This document shows positions 61,506 to 64,000 of a stretch of DNA of 64,000 bases, in pieces. A program made the translations under genes and the position numbers. Under the pieces are notes generated by a model. It worked only from the letters and a program-made list of their open reading frames with translations. It did not search any database and had not been told where the DNA came from. The stretch lies in contig OY970247.1 of the NCBI GenBank assembly GCA_963715495.1, positions 2,132,219 through 2,196,218 on the forward strand. The letters run 5' to 3'. Source of the stretch: an uncultured Solirubrobacterales bacterium. GTDB lineage: Bacteria > Actinomycetota > Thermoleophilia > Solirubrobacterales > Solirubrobacteraceae. Every line of letters starts with the position of its first letter. The first letter of the stretch is position 1.

Positions 61506-62642
61506 ATGAGCGAGGTTCACTCTCCCACCGCCCCATCCGTGAGCACCCCCACCCCGACGACCTCCGGCGAGGTTCAGTCGGGCCTGGAAGGCGTCGTCGC
61601 CTTCGCCACCGAGATCGCAGAGCCGGACAAAGCCGGAGGCGCGCTGCGCTACCGCGGCGTCGACATCGAGGACCTGGTCGGCGCGGTCCCCTACGAGCAG
61701 GTCTGGGGCCTGCTGGTGGACGGGCGCTTCAAACCGGGCCTGCCGCCCGCCGAACCGCACATGCTGACCGTGCGCTCGGGCGATCATCGCGTCGACGTGC
61801 AGTCGGCGCTGGCGATGTTGGCGCCCGAGTGGGGATTTGGCCAGCTGATCGACATCTCCGACGAGGAGGCTCGCGACAACCTCGCGCGCGCCTCGGTGAT
61901 GGCGCTGTCGTTCGTGGCCCAGTCCGCACGCGAAGCAGGCCAGCCGCCGGTGCCCCAGGCAGAGGTCGACGAGGGAGGCACGATCCCTGAGCGATTCCTG
62001 ATCCGCTGGCGCGGCGAGGCCAACCCCGATCACGTCAAGGCGATCGACGCGTACTGGGTCTCGGCGGCCGAGCACGGCATGAACGCCTCGACGTTCACGG
62101 CCCGGGTCGTGGCCTCCACAGGCGCCGACTGTGCCGCCGCGCTGTCCGCGGCGGTGGGGGCGCTGTCCGGCCCACTGCACGGCGGCGCCCCCTCGCGCGT
62201 GCTGAAGATGCTCGATGAGGTCGAACAAAGCGGCGACGCGGAGAAGTGGGTATCGGACGCCCTCGATCGCGGCGAGCGCTTGATGGGCTTCGGTCACCGC
62301 ATCTACCGCGCCGAAGATCCGCGCGCGCGCGTCCTGCGACGGACCTGCAGCGAACTGGGCTCGCCGCGCTTCCAGGCCGCCGAGGCGCTGGAGAAGGCGG
62401 CGCTCGCGGAGCTGCATGCGCGCCGGCCCGACCGCGTGCTCGCCACGAACGTCGAGTTCTGGTCGGCTGTGGTGCTCGACCTGGCGGAAGTCCCGCCGGA
62501 CCTGTTCACACCGATGTTCACGTGCGCCCGCGTGGCGGGCTGGTCGGCGCACATCCTCGAGCAGAAGCGCGAGGCCAAGCTGATCCGTCCGACGGCGAAC
62601 TACGTGGGCGAGCCGCCGAGGCCACTCAGCGCTGTCTCCTGA
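61506..62642 (+). CDS. Citrate synthase (short actinobacterial CitA/GltA2 type)
   Basis: GLEGVVA, LRYRG, AEHGMNASTF, GPLHGGA, MGFGHRIY..DPRA, NVEFWSA, R..GW.AH. Confidence 0.92.
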   Translation: MSEVHSPTAPSVSTPTPTTSGEVQSGLEGVVAFATEIAEPDKAGGALRYRGVDIEDLVGAVPYEQVWGLLVDGRFKPGLPPAEPHMLTVRSGDHRVDVQSALAMLAPEWGFGQLIDISDEEARDNLARASVMALSFVAQSAREAGQPPVPQAEVDEGGTIPERFLIRWRGEANPDHVKAIDAYWVSAAEHGMNASTFTARVVASTGADCAAALSAAVGALSGPLHGGAPSRVLKMLDEVEQSGDAEKWVSDALDRGERLMGFGHRIYRAEDPRARVLRRTCSELGSPRFQAAEALEKAALAELHARRPDRVLATNVEFWSAVVLDLAEVPPDLFTPMFTCARVAGWSAHILEQKREAKLIRPTANYVGEPPRPLSAVS

Positions 62643-62832
62643 CAGACGATTGAAAGAGAGCCCGGCATCCTTGCCGAACCCTCTGGGGGCCTATCGGCCA
62701 AAAGGCACGCCCCGCTCAAACGGACGGCGGGGCGCTCGGCGAATGGTTGATTCTCCGCCTTACGTCTGACGTGCCACTGCCGGGCACGTCCACGGCATTC
62801 CTCTCAAAAGACGTTCTTGGAGACCAGCCAGG

Positions 62833-63432
62833 TCATGCGTGGGTCGGCTCCGGCTCGCCCTTGAACAGCCACGGGTTGCGCTGGCCGATGACGGAGCCGC
62901 GGAAGCGCTTTTGCCCTCCGTACACGACCCAGGTCGTGTCGACCGCGCCGTAGCACTCCTGCACGCGAAGGAGGTCCGGGTGTTCGTGTGCATAGTGAAG
63001 GTGCGTCAGACCGGCGTCGTAGGCGCCCGCGAGCAGGTGGCGCGCGACGACGGGCTTGGACGGCTCGTCAATGATCGTGGGCCAGCGCGTCAGGTCGGTG
63101 TAGCCGCGGGTCGCCGACACGATGCCGAGACTCGTCGGATCGCTGACATCGGTGCGGATCAGCAGCGCCAGCTCCTTGGTGGGATAGAGGAACGTATCGA
63201 TGACGAAAACCTCGTCGTAGTAGCGCTCCGTCACGAGGTGGACATGCAGGTGCGCGCTGCACTGCACGAGGAAGGTGTCCGTCCGACCGCGGACCTGCTC
63301 GATCCCGTCCAGCAGGTCTTCGACCAGAACGACGTCAAAGGAGGTGATCCCCTGAAACTCGAGATAATGGAGCAGGGCGTTCTCATGACAGGTGCCGGAC
63401 GGTCCGAGCGTGATGAATGTCGGGCGAGTCAT
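62833..63432 (-). CDS. Prephenate dehydratase/decarboxylase-like (PBP2-fold) protein without ACT domain
   Basis: TLGPSGT.H, YDAGLT, W.VYG resemble the PheA catalytic domain and BacA; ATGA overlap with the chorismate mutase. Confidence 0.5.
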   Translation of the reverse strand: MTRPTFITLGPSGTCHENALLHYLEFQGITSFDVVLVEDLLDGIEQVRGRTDTFLVQCSAHLHVHLVTERYYDEVFVIDTFLYPTKELALLIRTDVSDPTSLGIVSATRGYTDLTRWPTIIDEPSKPVVARHLLAGAYDAGLTHLHYAHEHPDLLRVQECYGAVDTTWVVYGGQKRFRGSVIGQRNPWLFKGEPEPTHA

Positions 63433-63734
63433 GTCTCGCTCCCCTGTGGCGTGGCGGACGGTGCGCCGATGAGCTCATCCTCCATTCTGCACGTGGCGTC
63501 GATCAGCAGCTCGAAAAGATCGGCCGTGAAATCCGGGGGCAGCCGGACCTCGGCGCCGCGGGCGAGATAGCGTGCCCGCACCTCGGCGACGCGATCGGGT
63601 TGCATCATCGGGATCTCGTGCGTGCGCTTGTAGCCTGCGACTTCCCGGCAAATCTGAAAGCGCTCGCCGAGCAGCCGCGCGATCTCCTCGTCGAGCACGT
63701 CCAGGCGGTGGCGGAAGGGCTCCAGGCCGTTCAT
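63429..63734 (-). CDS. AroQ chorismate mutase, PapB/CmlD-like (4-amino-4-deoxychorismate mutase-like)
   Basis: R..LD..D..I..L..ERF..C..V..YK...IPMMQPDR..CRMED; GGAGG RBS. Confidence 0.8.
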   Translation of the reverse strand: MNGLEPFRHRLDVLDEEIARLLGERFQICREVAGYKRTHEIPMMQPDRVAEVRARYLARGAEVRLPPDFTADLFELLIDATCRMEDELIGAPSATPQGSET

Positions 63735-63886
63735 GTCCTGCCGCCTCCCAGCGGCTGAATGCTCGACGCGCCGGGCGGCGGCTCGACCCGAGGCGGCTCG
63801 ACCCCGGACGCGCTCTGACGCGATGTGCTCTGACGCGGCGCGCTCTGAGTCACACCTCGCTGCTCGATCGTCGACATGAGACTCAC
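63731..63886 (-). CDS. Putative 51-aa repetitive mini-ORF bridging two genes
   Basis: GTG overlaps the upstream TGA and its TGA overlaps the chorismate mutase ATG; QSAPR/QSTSR/QSASG and VEPPR/VEPPP repeats. Confidence 0.3.
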   Translation of the reverse strand: MSLMSTIEQRGVTQSAPRQSTSRQSASGVEPPRVEPPPGASSIQPLGGGRT

Positions 63887-64000
63887 GATAGAACCCGCCG
63901 CATCCGCGGGCCGAGCGACTCAAAGCCGTTGCCCAGGTAGAAGGCCTCGGTCGCCCCGAAGCGGGCGAAACGCTCCCGCGGCAGCCCTACCTCAACGCGC
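63883..64000 (-). CDS. 3' end of an unidentified upstream gene (partial)
   Basis: Only frame open to the window edge: RVEVGLPRERFARFGATEAFYLGNGFESLGPRMRRVLS*. Confidence 0.6.
   Translation of the reverse strand, partial: RVEVGLPRERFARFGATEAFYLGNGFESLGPRMRRVLS

Noticed and set aside
1-64000. tRNA, rRNA, tmRNA, transposase or integrase genes
   Set aside because: No cloverleaf-like segments, rRNA signatures or DDE/tyrosine/serine recombinase motifs were recognised by eye.

Overview
High-GC chromosomal segment, most consistent with an actinobacterium; a Thermoleophilia/Solirubrobacterales-like origin is inferred from gene content and not verified. No rRNA, tRNA, CRISPR array, transposase or integrase was seen. 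From left to right it contains: (1) the tail of a [NiFe]-hydrogenase maturation operon (tandem-SIS protein, small membrane protein, frameshifted hypF), facing a Fur-family regulator and NiCoT nickel permease; (2) fumC and a divergent pair of apparently degenerate proteins (alpha/beta-hydrolase without its nucleophile, CarH-like MerR without the B12 His); (3) a 9-26 kb higher-carbon-sugar cluster (transaldolase, GmhA, HddA-like kinase, GmhB, nucleotidyltransferase, epimerase, two oxidoreductases, methyltransferase) with GtrB-like GT2, GtrA and two paralogous GT-C-like membrane proteins, interrupted by ileS; (4) trxA, SpoIIM-like, Ppm1-like, polX, a GT, otsB, a split TSUP pair and tatA; (5) a divergent pstSCAB operon and secreted proteins; (6) an orphan PilB/GspE ATPase, PAC2, a DUF4160/DUF2442 module with a duplication scar, a helicase-less UvrD/RecB-type nuclease, a zincin and a DUF5678-like/aspartyl-protease pair; (7) mrp, then a full-length class II LysRS paralogue with a remodelled amino-acid pocket translationally coupled to B12/PLP lysine 5,6-aminomutase (kamDE) and a KamB-like protein, the best candidate for an undescribed system; (8) ferredoxin, an atypical SDR, a four-times-frameshifted amidase, citrate synthase, and the end of an operon with a PapB-like chorismate mutase and a PDT/BacA-like protein. 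A recurring feature is short relay ORFs that bridge gene junctions through stop/start overlaps, some created by tandem duplication. Family assignments and residue numbers come from motif recognition and recalled reference sequences, not from database searches.
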